64,000 nucleotides of DNA from Takakia lepidozioides (taxonomy: Eukaryota > Plantae > Bryophyta), in NCBI GenBank assembly GCA_030704615.1, contig CM060733.1, forward strand, positions 68,138,001 to 68,202,000, in the 5' to 3' direction. Below the pieces are notes generated by a model that ran no database searches, was not told the DNA's origin, and worked only from the letters and a program-made list of their open reading frames with translations. Both the position numbers and the translations under genes were made by a program. Below are positions 18,560-31,400 of this stretch, in pieces. Numbering within the stretch: the stretch's first letter is position 1; each line of letters begins with the position of its first letter.

Positions 18560-21500
18560 GGATTGATAAAAGAAGCTAACCTGTTGTTTGTGGAAACATC
18601 CAGTTGGTGGGCCCACATCTAGCGCCACTCTCTTGCCCTTTGACTCTCTTGCCCTTTGATTTCATGTAGTACGGTACTCACCACAATTGCAATTGTCAGG
18701 TTGTCATCCATCTATTGCAATGGTGACCACCCACATTTGTGTCAATTGAAGATGTGTGGGTAGATGTTATGTTTACGTAGCCTGGTAAGTGGCAGTGCCC
18801 CCGGGTTGTCATTTCATAAGGGAATTGTACAACATGATATTGCATTCAAATTGCATGCCAATATTGATGGAGTTAGTTTATTTGGGGGTTCCTTCTTCAC
18901 AGACCGAAAGATTGACTCGGTAGAATTCACCTGCCATAGCCTTGTTACAATAGACTTGCCTATGTTGGAAATGGAAAGTGGGCACCACAATTTGGGAGTG
19001 CTCGATATAGTAGTGCATCTGGCTGGTAGAGATGTGAAATTCCAGATTTGAACCTGGTTTTCCTATGGCTTAACTTCAACTCATTTTCCCAAGAATTCAG
19101 ATCCACTGGGGTGTTCTATGCAGGGATGGCCAATTTAGATGCTTTTGAAAGAGAACAAAGCCTTATTGTTAATGATGCATTTTTTTGCTGTGTCATGCTC
19201 GCCGCAAATCTCATTACAGCTAATCTGTGTGTGTGGGAGATGAGGGGACAGTAGCCCACCTGGTAGAACTGGCTCCTGGTTTGAAGATAGCAGTTTGGCA
19301 ACATTTGCCCCACTTTGCCGCCTTTGCATGAAACAAGCACTTCTTACAAAGCAGAGAGAGGGTGTTCAGTTGTTTCACCAGTTTCCTGCCTGAAGGCAGC
19401 AGTGAATAGATCTCCAAACATCTGCACTAAACAACTTGGGGAAATGAGGGGTTCGAGGCAGTAACTTCCATGGCTATCATCAAATATCTACTCCACAACT
19501 TCCTTGGGGCCCATTATATAGGATAGTTTTAGTTCCAGGATGCACTGAGCTGCAGTGAATATCTTGTACAATTCCCCAGTCCTGTCTGTGCAAGTTGTGA
19601 ATCTGGTGAGTCAAGTGGATAAGAAGCCTTAAACAAGCGAGAGGGAATAATCTCCTATCCTCACAAGGCGCTTGACAAATGACAGGGGCGAAGCAAAGAA
19701 GAACATGTAAGCACAGAAGAGGAGGATCTTCACACTACAATTGACAGGATTCCTTAACACGAATGAAGCTCTCACACCTTTACACATACGTTTCACCAGA
19801 GTACATTAGGCCGTCTGATACAAGTCATGCCGCCGCTTTATACACTAACCCTAGGTGCCTGTTGCATGCCGCGTGGCGAGCCGCAATAGGTTGAGCCCAC
19901 GGCGCCTCTTTCCAGCCATAGATTGATTGGACGGCCAAGATGAAGCCAGCATATAAACTAACCCCTAACTTAACTATGAGTGTAACGGTTTAACAGTACA
20001 CTAAGCGAAAAAATACACTAGATGAATGAGTATAGATGGATGGATGAAATAAGAAAATAAGTCACCAGGAGGAAATGGGCCTTCACATCTGTGAAGCCTA
20101 CCCCCCTCGGAAAATCCCGAGCTCCACGAGGTAAAATATAAGAAATAATAAGTAAAATATTTTGATAAAATCACCCTCCTCTGCTGGGTGAAAAGCCTAC
20201 CAAGGGAAAACTTGGCACTTGCAGATTGGGCCGAGGACAAAACCCTTGGCTAGGAAAACCGTGCATGGAGTACATGTGGTGATATATCATAAGACCAAAA
20301 TGTTCCAAGTCCTAAAATGTCAAAGCCATACAGCCATAGTAGGGCAGTTGCAGGGTACGGTGGACCAAAAGAGGCAGATTTTTCCTCCATGAAAGTCTAT
20401 ATAGGTACCTCAAATTGAGGGAATTTATCCAAATATTTAATTTTAGATTATAGATATGATATATTTAACACTTTTCGTAAAAAGTCCCACCCCAAATAGA
20501 ACTGGATTTTAAGTAAGTGTAGACTTTCCAAAGTCCAGGAATAACATATTTATTTATTTAAATTGAATAAAAATTCAATATAAAAACAAATTTAAATTAT
20601 TTTATTAAGTTTATTGTAGTAGATGTTTAGTAAATATTGCTGTTCCCAGAGAATCCATACCCTGATCACATCCCTAATATGAGTTGAAATCCTAGTTTTC
20701 TACAGTTTCACGGGTAGCACGGGAAACCTCCTGTCAATCACAGTTGCTTCATTTTTTTAATATTAGCCTACCAAAAACTGCCAAACATTGTCACTCCAGA
20801 AGTACAGGAGAATTGTGACTGTTGTCCCAAGTTCGACATCTCCACTGAGGCAAGGGAGATCTCCCGATCTATGATTAAAACATAGTAAAGACATCCCGTC
20901 GAGATACGTCCCAAAATGTCCAGAGTAATTTATTAGAGCATCACCAAACCAAATTTGTACAGCCATTGAGGTCCCTAGCTATGGGCACTAATCAACCATC
21001 ACCATCCCATAGGACCCAAAAGCATAGTCTTCGACGCAAACCAATACTGAACATAGTTTCTATAGAAGCCAATTCATTCGAACAATTCGGCTCCAATGCA
21101 TCAGCCCTTCGACAAGACTCTTTATCTCTGTCTATCATCGTCCTCGAGTCTCAGCCCTTCGACAGGACTGACTTACCCTGTCTATCATCGTCCTCCAGTC
21201 TCAGACCGGTTCCTCAAGAGCGTCATCCATAAAATAAGAACCACCTTGCGGATTCCAAGGTCACAGGCAAGGCCGTGAACCGATTATTCTTCATTCATGT
21301 AAGTCATAGCTCCACACACAAACCACATGCGGACCAGGACAGACAGGAGGTCTCCCCTCCCAATTAGCGATACACATTAGGCATAGTCAAATTAAAATGA
21401 GAGGTAAACATGCACAGGATACAACAACCCACCAAAGCCATAAGAGAATGAGGGGTCTGACAGGAACAAGCACAAATAGAAAGGCAAAGAGGACGGGAGG

Positions 21501-22299
21501 TCTCCCGTCCTTACTCACGCTCTCTAGTCTAAAAGAGTCTGACGGGTGTGATGACGAAACCAAAACATGCACATAGTCAGGTAGGGGAGATCTCCCGTGG
21601 TGTTACCTCTCATATCAACATGAGTAATGAATTTCAAAACCGAACAAAGAGTACACAAAGAACACAGAGCACAACCATGGTATCCATCGTTCTGGACATG
21701 AAATGAATGAAAAACAATGAACCATTTGGATTCATAATTTGCGCTTAGAGAATAGCGTCATTGTCAATGTACATTATTTACAATATCCCAACTGGTGGAA
21801 GATTGTCACCCGACTAGTAAGACCGGGTAGCGGATTCTACTCTGATCCCAAATCTCCCCAGATGGACATTCCGTTGCCCTGCATCTGTCTGAGGGCGTTG
21901 TGCTCGCAAGTAGATCTCCTCCTCAGAAATACTCATATCCCTCCAGAGACCCTCCTGGCTTGTTGGTGTGGTATGTCCATCCTTCTTATTGTCGGATGTT
22001 GACTTCATATGACGCTTGGCCTTGACTGGAACAAATAAACCAATCCATGAGACAAATCAGTATACTTTCCAGATTCATGGTGCACAGCAGGGACGGGAGA
22101 CTTCCCGTGCTTACTGACCCATTCTAACATCTACTACTCCAAGACACATCGGTTGACATAAAAAGAAGAAGTTGAAAGCAAAGAGGTGGGAACATACCTT
22201 AAAACACACAAGGGTCAGTAATCCCTAGGGGATTTGCATATCTCGCTAGCCAAATCCAATCAGGGTGAGAGCTATCGACAGGCATATGAACATTTGTAC

Positions 22300-22936
22300 A
22301 CTTCCAGTAATTCTCCTCCATGTACTCTTGAACTGTCGGAGATGACATCATGCCAGAAAGGAATGGCCATAAAGCATCAACAAGATCCTCAACAAAAGAA
22401 TCTCGTCCCTCCTTGACGATCGGCGTTAGAGCGCCATCAAAGGATCTCAGTGTTCAAAGGGTTCCTCAGGGCTTTGGTAGGCTCATCAATCAAAAGCGTT
22501 TGGCCTTTTAGGCCGTAGGGTTACAACTTCTCCCGAAGTGTTCCCAAAGACCAACCATGTCTTTAATGTAGAACGGCTGTGTTGAGGCAATGTAGGCAGG
22601 AAGCTTGGTGCAAGTATCCCGACACCAGATAAAGCAAAATTTCCTGACCATATTCTTCGGGAGAAGATATGCAAGAAGAGCCTCAACCATATGCTGAACT
22701 CCACAGGACCATATACCCACATGGTAATGGTTGAATGCAAGTTCAAGAAATTCCAGAAGACCCGGACGAGGAACGATATTGTCCCAATCGTAGGGAATTT
22801 TGACACGAGGGAAATGTTCAAGGAACCTCTGTGATCCAACAGGCTTGGGTTTATAGCACAATAAACCAACAACACTCAGAATGATTAACTTTCTTTGACC
22901 TCCAGAGGAGGCCGTCACTCGTGTCTTACGGCGCAA
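22300..22936 (-). pseudogene. FCP1/NIF (HAD-like CTD phosphatase) homology domain exon, catalytic motif degenerate
   Basis: RKLIILSVVGLL (at the DxDxT site), RPGLLEFLELAFNHYHVGIWS, FIWCRDTC, YIKDMVGLW. After frameshifts: QTLLIDEPTKALRNPLNT and LVDALWPFL...TVQEYM. Confidence 0.8.
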
Positions 22937-23639
22937 GAGATTTGCTGCCGCGCTCGCTCAAAAATGGTCATGATCCATCTGTCAAGATTCGACGGTTAGC
23001 TTTGGATATGACCATCGGCAACTACATTACTGATGTGTAGTAAAGTAGGAGATGAATCTAGAATTTATGGCGACTTAAACAAAACCAAGTCTGTGCTTCG
23101 GGAAATAAGTCAAAATGTTATAAGTGGGAAGGAAGGGACGGGAGGTCTCCCGTCCAAATACCTCTTTGACAATTTCGGCGGCGGACACATCCCCGAATGA
23201 TCTTTGGGCTTGGTTTCGTCTTCCACCTTCTCTCTGCTGACAGACAAGGATGATTAGTTAGGTCTCAACTGAATGAAATCAAGAATGATATACAATTGAC
23301 TTCCAGGTGCAAATACAAACTGGAATGACTAAGTGGAATGGTAGCGCACACCTCGGTGGAATTCTCCATTGCTGCCTCATTGCTTTGGTGCTTCCTCGGG
23401 CTCTGCTTCCTATGTCTCTTCTTTGCCGCTGAACCATAACGACGTCTCGTTAGAGGCAGCAAGACGATGTCAATCGGTGTAAAGTGAGAAAGTGTAATGA
23501 GAGAGCACACCTCCGCAAGATTCTTCGACGCCGCGCCACGCGCTCCTACAATTGATTTGAAACAAATACATGAGGATCGAAGATAGGGAACAAAAGCAGC
23601 CTAAATTCAATTGTAAGGAGAGCAAGGTGATCAATAGGT

Positions 23640-25250
23640 ACAAACCTTTCTCTTTGACTGGGGTCCTCTCAAAAGCCTCCGGAGGATTTCCTGCTAGTGC
23701 CTCTGCAGTAGCGGTGATATCATTCTCTCCAGAGTCTTCAACCTGATCCTCAATAACGTTCAACTGCCCTGATGCTGAGGTATTCCCAAAAGAAGAGGAC
23801 GGGAGACCTCCCGTGCCCACCCTTGATGGAGAGGAATTAACAATGGAAACCTCCACAGCATCTGATGCAACATCCTCCGGAGACAATCCAACGGTCGAAG
23901 GGTACAATAGCCGTCAACAATTGCCCTCAACCCATCAACGACACCATCCGTGAGCACGCCTTCGGCGGCGGGAATGCTAACACCAGTAGGGAGCTCCGTT
24001 TCCAATGTCTACGTCTGTGGGATATGATCGATGGAGGACAGCTGTGACTGCCTTAAAGTGTCAGGGTTTCGAACGAGATCTTGTGTGTTTTCAGCAGATG
24101 TGATGTCCTCGGTTATGGGGAATTGTGCCGGCAACGGATTGGCAGGAGTGTCAATGAGCTCTGTATTGCTAACACCATGAAGTAGTTGTGGAGTGGGAAG
24201 CTCTGTTTCCATTGTCCTTGTCTGGGTCTGGGACTGGGTGAGGTTCTCCACTGTAGACAGCTGTAATTGCCTCAGATTTGCATCGTCTCTTTCGGCGACT
24301 GGTGTGGTTCCTACAGATGTGATGTCCTCGGTTACTGGGAGGTCTTGTGGACGTAAAAAAGTTTGAGTGACTGTGGGGACCGGTGTTCCACCAGGAGAGG
24401 ACGACAAGCATGGTTACAGTGCCGGCCGCGGAGCCCTGGAGAACGGGAGACCTCCCGTGATAAGGTCTGCGGAAAGAACGTAGTCGACTTGACTGGGTGT
24501 CATCTCAGAAAAGTCCGATATCGCAAGAAGCCTATCCCCACCTGTATATTGGACTTGGGAAGTAAAGTCAATGGAGGCATTCGTTGGCCCTCCAGAATGA
24601 AATGCTGACTCAACCTTGTTGACCACTTTGTCCTCATCAATATTGATAATCTCCCTGTGCATGCCCGCGTTGACTCGCACTCTTGCATCGATCTGAGGAT
24701 TATACAGCTGGCAAGTTGAGATATTCGGGGGCCTAGAGGATATTGGTTCCGGGGAGAACTGAAGCGTACCGCCCATCGTCCGCCGGCCTCTGGTTTGCCC
24801 GTCTGGCAAAATATTTTCTGACTCCATGTTGCATACATGCACTCCAGTCAAATGCTGGATAAATGGGTTCTGAAATGGGCTCTGTTGCACGCCGTTGGAT
24901 TCAGTCTCACTATCATCTCCATCTTCCTCCAAGTGCACAGGTCTATTTACGGCTGTATCTCGTTGCGTTAGTAAATCCTTTCGAGAGTTAGTGTCGCAGG
25001 ACATTTGTGACCTCTCTTGGCGACCTTGACTTCTTTCAGAACGAGCGTGTGTAACTGGTGAAGACTCCACAATACCCTCACTCCCAGCAGATCCCTCGCC
25101 CCTGCCCTCAGACTCCGAGGAGGATTGCGCCTGTTCAGCGGAAACCTTTGAACGCAGCAGTCTAATAAGGTTGAAGGATTTATCAGGAAAGGCTCTTGCT
25201 GAGACCATACGACCAGGGTGCGTTACTTCCAACACCCTACAGTTTGATTC
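23640..25250 (-). pseudogene. Long disordered Ser/Thr/Glu-rich exon of the transposon accessory gene
   Basis: ORFs 24414-25286, 24009-24407 and 23760-24005 share one frame, split by single stops. Acceptor cag|GAA at 25250. Internal repeats (PxTEDITS, METELPT). Short GT-AG exons follow toward the FCP1 exon. Confidence 0.55.
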
Positions 25251-25409
25251 CTGATGGATAAAAATTAACCGGTTAGTAACTTTCAATAACTGGGCAGTCC
25301 CAACAGAAAGATGTTAATGGTCAAAGGAGGACGGGAGGCCTCCCGTCGAAGGACGACGGGAGATCACCCGTCAAACGATGTAATTTATTTAGAATAAATC
25401 GGAACTTCC

Positions 25410-26852
25410 GACATCTCACACTTTCAACCCATCATAATTTCAAGCATTAACCAAGCAAACACATTTCAGGCTTGTGCATGGCCAGAATTACATGAAGGCC
25501 ACACAAGATTTTAGATTACATTGCCAGTGTGTAATATAAAGACTTGTGTGACCCTTTGTAACTATTTGGCTGCACCTAGAAATGTCCCGCAATGAATGTT
25601 ACTAATCACTTGGGTTGTTTCTAATCAAATAGGATATTCAATGGACCTCTGCCTACTCACACTTTCCGCCCATCATCGTAAGCAAGAACTATTCAGGCTT
25701 GTGCATGCCAAGAATTACATGAAGGCCACATACGATTTTAGATTACATCGCCAGAGTGTAACATAAAGACTTGTGTGACCCTCTGTAACTATTTGGCTGC
25801 AACCCAAAATGTCCCATAATGAATGTTACTAATCAAATGGGTATCAGTAGGAATTGGCAATGTATGAAGGGAGGTGTCCCGTCAAAGGACTTAAACAAAA
25901 ATTCAATATAATTCGGAACAACATCCTTATAAACTATTCCATCTCACGTATGTACGTACATACATACTTCCATCTCACACATTAAACCCATCATTTGAAG
26001 CAATAACAGAGGACTCAATTTCAGAGACTTAGAATGTCCATACCCACAAATTGATCCACAAGATCTTAGATAACATCACCATTGTGTTAAATAAAGTCTT
26101 GTGTATCACATTGTAGGAATGTGCATGCACTCATAATGAATCTGGATAATCATGTGGGTACTTCCTCGCCGGATAAGACTCAAATAAGTATAGTGAAAGG
26201 GAGGACGGGAGGTCTCCCGTCAATGAAATTCTGCCAGCACTCACATTTGACCCATCATCAATGAATCAATATGGGAATTACTCCAAGTTTCTGGCTTGCC
26301 ATACTTATCAAGTAAACCACAAGATCTTATATAACATTGCCAATGATACACAAAGTCTTGTGGTTTACATGGTAAGTTTGATCATGCACTCTTGAAATCC
26401 CCTTAATCACTGTGGTTAATCACCTGGGTTATTAATAATATTTTGTGTCAGACTGATCAACTCAAACAGGCAGAAAAGAATGGTCTTTAACAGCACGGGA
26501 GACCTCCCATACCAGAGAGGCGGGATATCTTCCGAGAAAGCAACAACGGGAGGTCTCCCGACATAGTAAAGCCGGGAGATACCCAAGATGTTAGATAACA
26601 TCGCAAGTGTGTTAACTAAAGTCTTGTGTATCACTTTGCAACAATACGGAGGCAACCAGAGAAGTCCTGCAATCAATGTAGCTAATCACGTGGGTATCAG
26701 TAGTGTTTTTGAAACAATAGTCTAGCGCGAGGTTCATCTCAAATGATTGTTCAAATGAATGGTCAAAAGGTCGTTCACTGGACTTCTGCCACAAACACTT
26801 TCAACCCATCATCATTCTTAGCAGTGACAATTCAACTTGTGCATGGCCATAC
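25410..26852. repeat. Degenerate ~270-bp tandem array, left part
   Basis: Recurring 'cacactttcaacccatcat...cacaagattttagattacat.gccag...aaagacttgtg...aatcacttgggt' units, interleaved with the 16-bp palindrome. Confidence 0.8.
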
Positions 26853-27875
26853 TGTTAGAGGGCTGCTTGGGACTTAGACGCTTTTACGGGATCTGTGGGG
26901 TACCCTTAATTTTTACACAGACTGAGACCAACAGGAGCCTTAGGGGTGACAGCAATAGGCTTTAGGGGGGGAGATACACAGCCCAACACAGTCCATCACA
27001 GCCCGACACAGCCGTCACAGCCCGTCACAGTCCAACACAGCCAGTCACAGCCGACACAGCCGACACAGCCGACACAGTCAGACACAGCCGTCACAGCTTC
27101 GCACAGTCGACACAGCCCAACACAGCCAGTCACAGCCCGACACAACCGCCACAGCTTCGCACAGCCCTACACAGCCCGACACAGCCAGTCACAGCCCGCC
27201 ACAGTTTGATACAGCCAGTCACAGCTCAGCACAGCTGGGGAACAGTTATCATTGGCAGGGAACGACGGTGGGGAAACGACATCTGAAAAAGGAACGTGTA
27301 CTACAGGGATGACGGTTAGTTAGGAAAGCGATTAGAACAGCTTGTAGGTAGAAAAAGCGAAGAGCGGGGAGGTCTAGGGATGACTACTTCTGGGAGGACT
27401 TCTGGCATCACTGGGGGAAATGAAGCGGAGAGCGCATCTCTGAGTAGAAAGAGGGAGAGCACGGAGTAGGAGGAGAACGATCTGTTGATGCTTGATGAAT
27501 GCAAGCAGTAGAGTTGTAATGTAGAGCAGATTAGAGACTCCATGGCTTCAGCCTGATACTTGATAGATATTAATCTGATACATACTTCATACTCACACTG
27601 TGTAGAGAGATCTGAGTGAAGCTGTGGAATGAATGGATGAGTTGATGGAATCCGATAGATTGCTGAAGCAATCTGATACTTAAATACCAACAATAAGGTA
27701 ACTAGCTAACATGAATACGGGAAGGAATACAAATAGGAAACACCCCCATGATACACTAGCTGTAGGTCATGACTGATTGTTCTGAGCGGGCTGAGTGCTT
27801 AGAGATTTCCAACTCTTCTATCTTGGAGTTCCCACCTCGGATAGCAAAGGGTGGGTGAGTAAAAGCCGCTCGACA
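26853..27875 (+). repeat. 5' LTR (1023 bp) containing a CACAGCC minisatellite
   Basis: TGTTAGAGGG...GCCGCTCGACA; matches 47225-48211. Confidence 0.95.
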
Positions 27876-27877
27876 TT

Positions 27878-27895
27878 TGGCGACCATACTGGGGA
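27878..27895 (+). promoter_or_regulatory. Primer-binding site, probably tRNA-Arg
   Basis: TGGCGACCATACTGGGGA, 2 nt after the LTR. Complementary to a tRNA ending GGUCG-CCA. Confidence 0.75.
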
Positions 27896-27968
27896 ACTGG
27901 GTCATGAACAACCAGATGTGACAGGCATCTAGTGGGATCATGGTGGATGGAGAATTAAAGAATTTGAT

Positions 27969-28463
27969 GTGAATCAAATTCCCTGTGAAACTGAGAAGGA
28001 AAGATTGTCCAAACGATTCTTTCAGAGGTTCTTGGAATTGCCAGACGGTTGTAAAGAAAACATTCTTAAGAGAGTGCATGATGCTGACCCTGAGTGGGGT
28101 CTGGAGAAAGGAGTGATAAAGATTTATCAGGTGGCCTGTAGAGGAAGAGCACGTTGGTTACCAACACTGGTTTATGTGATAGCATTGCTATCCATTAAGC
28201 GAGTAGAGTTTGAAGGCTGGGAGGAAAGAAAGGTGAATGTTTATACTCATATGCATGAAGAGCTTGTACTGGTAAAGAATTGGATTCCAAAGGATATTTT
28301 GTGGATCAAACTCACACCAAGAACAGCTTTCCAGACTTGTTTGCCATATGGTTATATGGTAACGGAGACTTCTAGTATAGCCAAGGGTGCATTGAAGCTT
28401 GAAAGAAACCCAGGCATATACGAGAGATATTACAGAAGAGAGTTTTGGTTATTGCCACATTAA
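27969..28463 (+). CDS. Extra ORF 5' of gag, unknown function
   Basis: 164-aa protein-like ORF between the PBS and gag; true start uncertain. Confidence 0.5.
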   Translation: MNQIPCETEKERLSKRFFQRFLELPDGCKENILKRVHDADPEWGLEKGVIKIYQVACRGRARWLPTLVYVIALLSIKRVEFEGWEERKVNVYTHMHEELVLVKNWIPKDILWIKLTPRTAFQTCLPYGYMVTETSSIAKGALKLERNPGIYERYYRREFWLLPH

Positions 28464-28484
28464 AAGAAATGAAAGACATGGGAC

Positions 28485-31400
28485 ATGAGTGATGAAAGAG
28501 AAGCTAGACTCCAGAGATATTCAGCAAAAAGAGAAAGCTATCTGAAAGCTAATTATCCATATCTTTGGGAGAGAGGAATAGACATAGGGGAATCATCTGG
28601 ACCTCTCACACCATTAAGATCAGAGAGTACATCACCCATACCGGAAGAACTAGAGTTGGATGCCACTCCTTCTTTTTCTTTGCAAGAAAGATTAAGGGAA
28701 TTGGTATGGAAAGAAGATCAATCACGAGGTGAAAGATCTGAGGTACATCCCTGGATAAAAGATTTGACAGAAATCTTTGATAAGAGTTGGCATGGAACAC
28801 CAAAAGCAGGAACTCCAGTTTCTGAAGCGGAGGGTGAAGAAGGAGGAGAGAATGTGGCAGAGCCAACGAGAGTTCAGACTCTCCAACACCATTGCAGTTG
28901 AGTTACATGAGTGAAGAAGAAACCCAAGGGCAGAACTTGGAGGATGAAAATAGAGAGAAGAAATTGGAAGAGGAAGAGTATGAAGAAGTAGACCCAACAG
29001 CTGAGGTTGAGACTACAACCAGGACATCCCAACCCGTTGGACCTGGATCAAGTGGAGCACTTGGATCACAGGCCAACGAAGGTGTCGGCTCAGGGGGATC
29101 AGGCGGGCTGCCTGGATCTGGCTCTGGGGGGACAGGGAGTGTGGGAAGTAGTGCAACTGGAGCTGGGAATACTGTGAATATCGTGGGGCCAGTAGCAAGG
29201 AGTGCTCAGGGGCCACCACTTGGTGGAAGATCCACCACAACTACAACAGGTCCTCAAGGACCAGCACCAGCAAGGGTGCCAGCACCTGTCAGTGGGCAGA
29301 GGTAGGGCCACAGATGGCGTTACAACCAACACGGGCAAAACCACATTTTCCAATATATTCAGGAAAAGGGGATCCCGATGTACACATTAGCCAATTTGAG
29401 CACATGTGTATAGTGAACAATGAGAATGGCGATGATGCCAAGATGAGATTGTTTCCTTGTTCACTTATCAAGAAAGCAAGTGAATGGTATGCAAGATTCC
29501 CTGATAATCATTTCCTAACCTGGAATGGCTTGAATACAGCATTCCGAAATAGGTTCAGGACAAGTAAAACTGAGGATGAAGTGTATGGAAGTTTACAACA
29601 GTTAAAGCAAAAGAAGCATGAAACTGTTGAGGAGTATATGGAAAAGATGGAATTGATGATGAAAAAGCTGGCTGCTGTACCAGCACCAGGTTTACAGAAG
29701 ACTTGGTTTGTGAGTGGACTAAGACCAGAGTTGCAGAAGAAAGTGGATATGTTACCCCATAATACAGTGGAGGAGGCATTTGAAACAGCAAACAGAATTG
29801 AGCAATTGGGAATGCTCAGGAGAGAGAAAAGGGATGATGAGGACTCTGAGGATGAGTCAGATGAAGAAGAAGAGCAAGAACTGAAAAGGAAGAGTAAGAG
29901 AAAGGAGAAGTTGAAGAGGGATAACTATGAGAAAAGATTAGAAGAAATCTTGAAGAAGTATGCCACAGAGGCTGCAACACATTGGAGGAAGGGTGTTTGG
30001 TGTGCAAAGTGCCAGAATGAAGGCCATACCACCACTGAATGCCACATGAAGGAGAAACACTGTACTATCTGTAAGATGGATAACCATTCTACTGAGAATT
30101 GTTACTACAACAGAAGGACAGCTGCAAGAGAACCTAGGCAAGTAAGGGTGCATCAAGTGCAGCCCCAGCCAAGAAGAAACAGTGATCAGGACCACTATGG
30201 TAGGCCTGGTGGTTATAACAATGGCATGGAAGGGAGAGGTAATTCAAGAGGGAATTACCAAGGAAATTCCAGAGGCAACTATCAGGGTAATCCAAGGGGG
30301 AATTACCAGCCAGGGAATCAGGATTACAGAAATAATCCAAGAGCAGACCAAGGGCGAGGACCCAATGGTGAAGAACTGTGTTACTATTGTAATCAGCCAG
30401 GACATCGCAAGGCAGCCTGTTCATTCTGGATTAGACACCAGAATGAGATGAGAGCTCCTGTGAATGAGGGCCCAGTGGTGGCAGCTCACATGGTTAGGCC
30501 ATGTGTTGTACCAGAAGTAAGTACAATGATAGTAACAAGAAGCAAAGCCAAACTAATACCTCCAGTAGTTGAGGAAGATGATGATAATGAAGATGGCAGT
30601 GATATGCCTGAAGATGATGAGGCTTGGAGAGATGAGAAGGAACTGCACAAGGAAGTGGCAGATACCATAAGGGAAATGCAGAAGAGTACTGATATTCCTG
30701 TGGCAGATTCCTCTGATTCTGATGGAGAAGAAGAAGTGAGTGAGGATGAAAGGAAGAAAGAAGTTGCAGACATGCAAAGTAATGAAGGGACTTTGGCTGA
30801 AGTAATATGCCAGACCAAAGCAGAGATTACCATTGGACAGCTATTGGCTGTGGCACCTTATTGTAGACACAGGCTGTATCAAGCAATCAATCGAATTGCC
30901 CAGGAGACAGGAAACACAGACCTGAACAGCAAGGTGACCAGTTATAATGTGAAGCCGGAAGGGCGAGAAACAGTCATGGACTTTGATGATTCTATGCCAG
31001 TAATCCAATTGAGAATTGGAAGCACAGAACTAACTGATGTACTGATAGATGGAGGCTCTGGAGTAAATATCATGACAGACCAATTAAGGAAGAAGCTTGG
31101 TCTAAGTAACATGAAACCAGCCCCATTTACAGTAACAATGGCAGATCAAAGAAGTGTACAGCCATTGGGATTGATAAGAGGAGTTAAGATACAGATACAG
31201 AAGATGATCTTTATGATCACAGTAACTGTGTTGAAGATGGATGAAGTCATGGAGGCTTACTCCTTATTATTGGGACGTCCGTGGCTGAAACAGGCCAGGG
31301 TATTCCATGACTGGAATTCTCAGTTACTAACTGTGCATAATGGGATGCACGAGATACAAATTACCACTAAGAAATCTAGTAGATTACCTGCTACGAGAAG

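Noticed and set aside
19596-19995. Possible reverse-strand solo LTR (reads TGTTAAAC..., contains TATAAA)
   Set aside because: No matching TSD and no defined second end.
19999-20015. CACTAAGCGAAAAAA as a CACTA terminus or left end of the large element
   Set aside because: No partner TIR found in the window, and the transposase is not CACTA-type.
26946-27209. Thr/Gln/His-rich ORFs in the LTRs
   Set aside because: They are translations of the CACAGCC minisatellite.
27969-28463. Homology between the Gypsy 5' ORF and the RING protein's N-terminal domain
   Set aside because: Only a vague hydrophobic-Trp pattern; unsupportable without a profile search.
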